A stretch of DNA of 63,253 nt, counting the filler, from Octopus bimaculoides (lineage: Eukaryota), in the NCBI RefSeq assembly GCF_001194135.2. It is 8 parts of 8 records of this genome, joined end to end, with 100 filler letters (N's around TTAATTAATTAA, not from the genome) between each part and the next. Parts side by side here need not be neighbours in the genome. Positions count along the whole stretch, not along the records: positions 62,107 to 63,253 come from NW_026397516.1; 7 more parts are not named here. One strand, 5' to 3'. Numbering within the stretch: the stretch's first letter is position 1; each line of letters starts with the position of its first letter. Below the pieces are notes generated by a model, which searched no databases, was not told where the DNA came from, and saw nothing but the letters and a program-made list of their open reading frames with translations. This document shows positions 63,171 to 63,253 of this stretch, piece after piece. The translations under genes and the position numbers were made by a program.

Positions 63171-63253
63171 GCAACCCAGCATGCCCATAGCCTTAGTACT
63201 GAAACATATATGATGTATGTATGTATGTATGCATGCATGAATGTATGTGTGTG

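Overview
Eukaryotic, AT-rich, repeat-dominated genomic DNA from a fragmented draft assembly. The SINE families and microsatellite load look like an octopod cephalopod (inference, not database-verified). Seven 100-bp artificial spacers (44 N + TTAATTAATTAA + 44 N) split the window into eight pieces whose adjacency is not guaranteed. Host coding sequence is sparse: two in-frame phase-1 EGF-domain exons (22414-22545, 24007-24129, +), one probable coiled-coil exon (55143-55260, +) and one or two weak exon candidates. The rest is a transposon graveyard: mariner DD34D, maT-like DD37D, Merlin/IS1595-like, hAT Charlie/Buster-like elements and their MITEs, Penelope-like GIY-YIG remnants with hammerhead-like motifs, CR1-like, L1/Tx1-like and RTE-like LINE fragments, at least three tRNA-derived SINE families, and microsatellites. 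Almost all long ORFs in the supplied track are artefacts of N-runs or simple repeats. I see no strong evidence for a new multi-gene system. The most interesting leads are a near-intact minimal hammerhead ribozyme, three long foldback elements (potential dsRNA/ADAR substrates, one inside the EGF-gene intron), a chimeric SINE, a Merlin transposase relic and a CpG-decayed domain around the coiled-coil exon.
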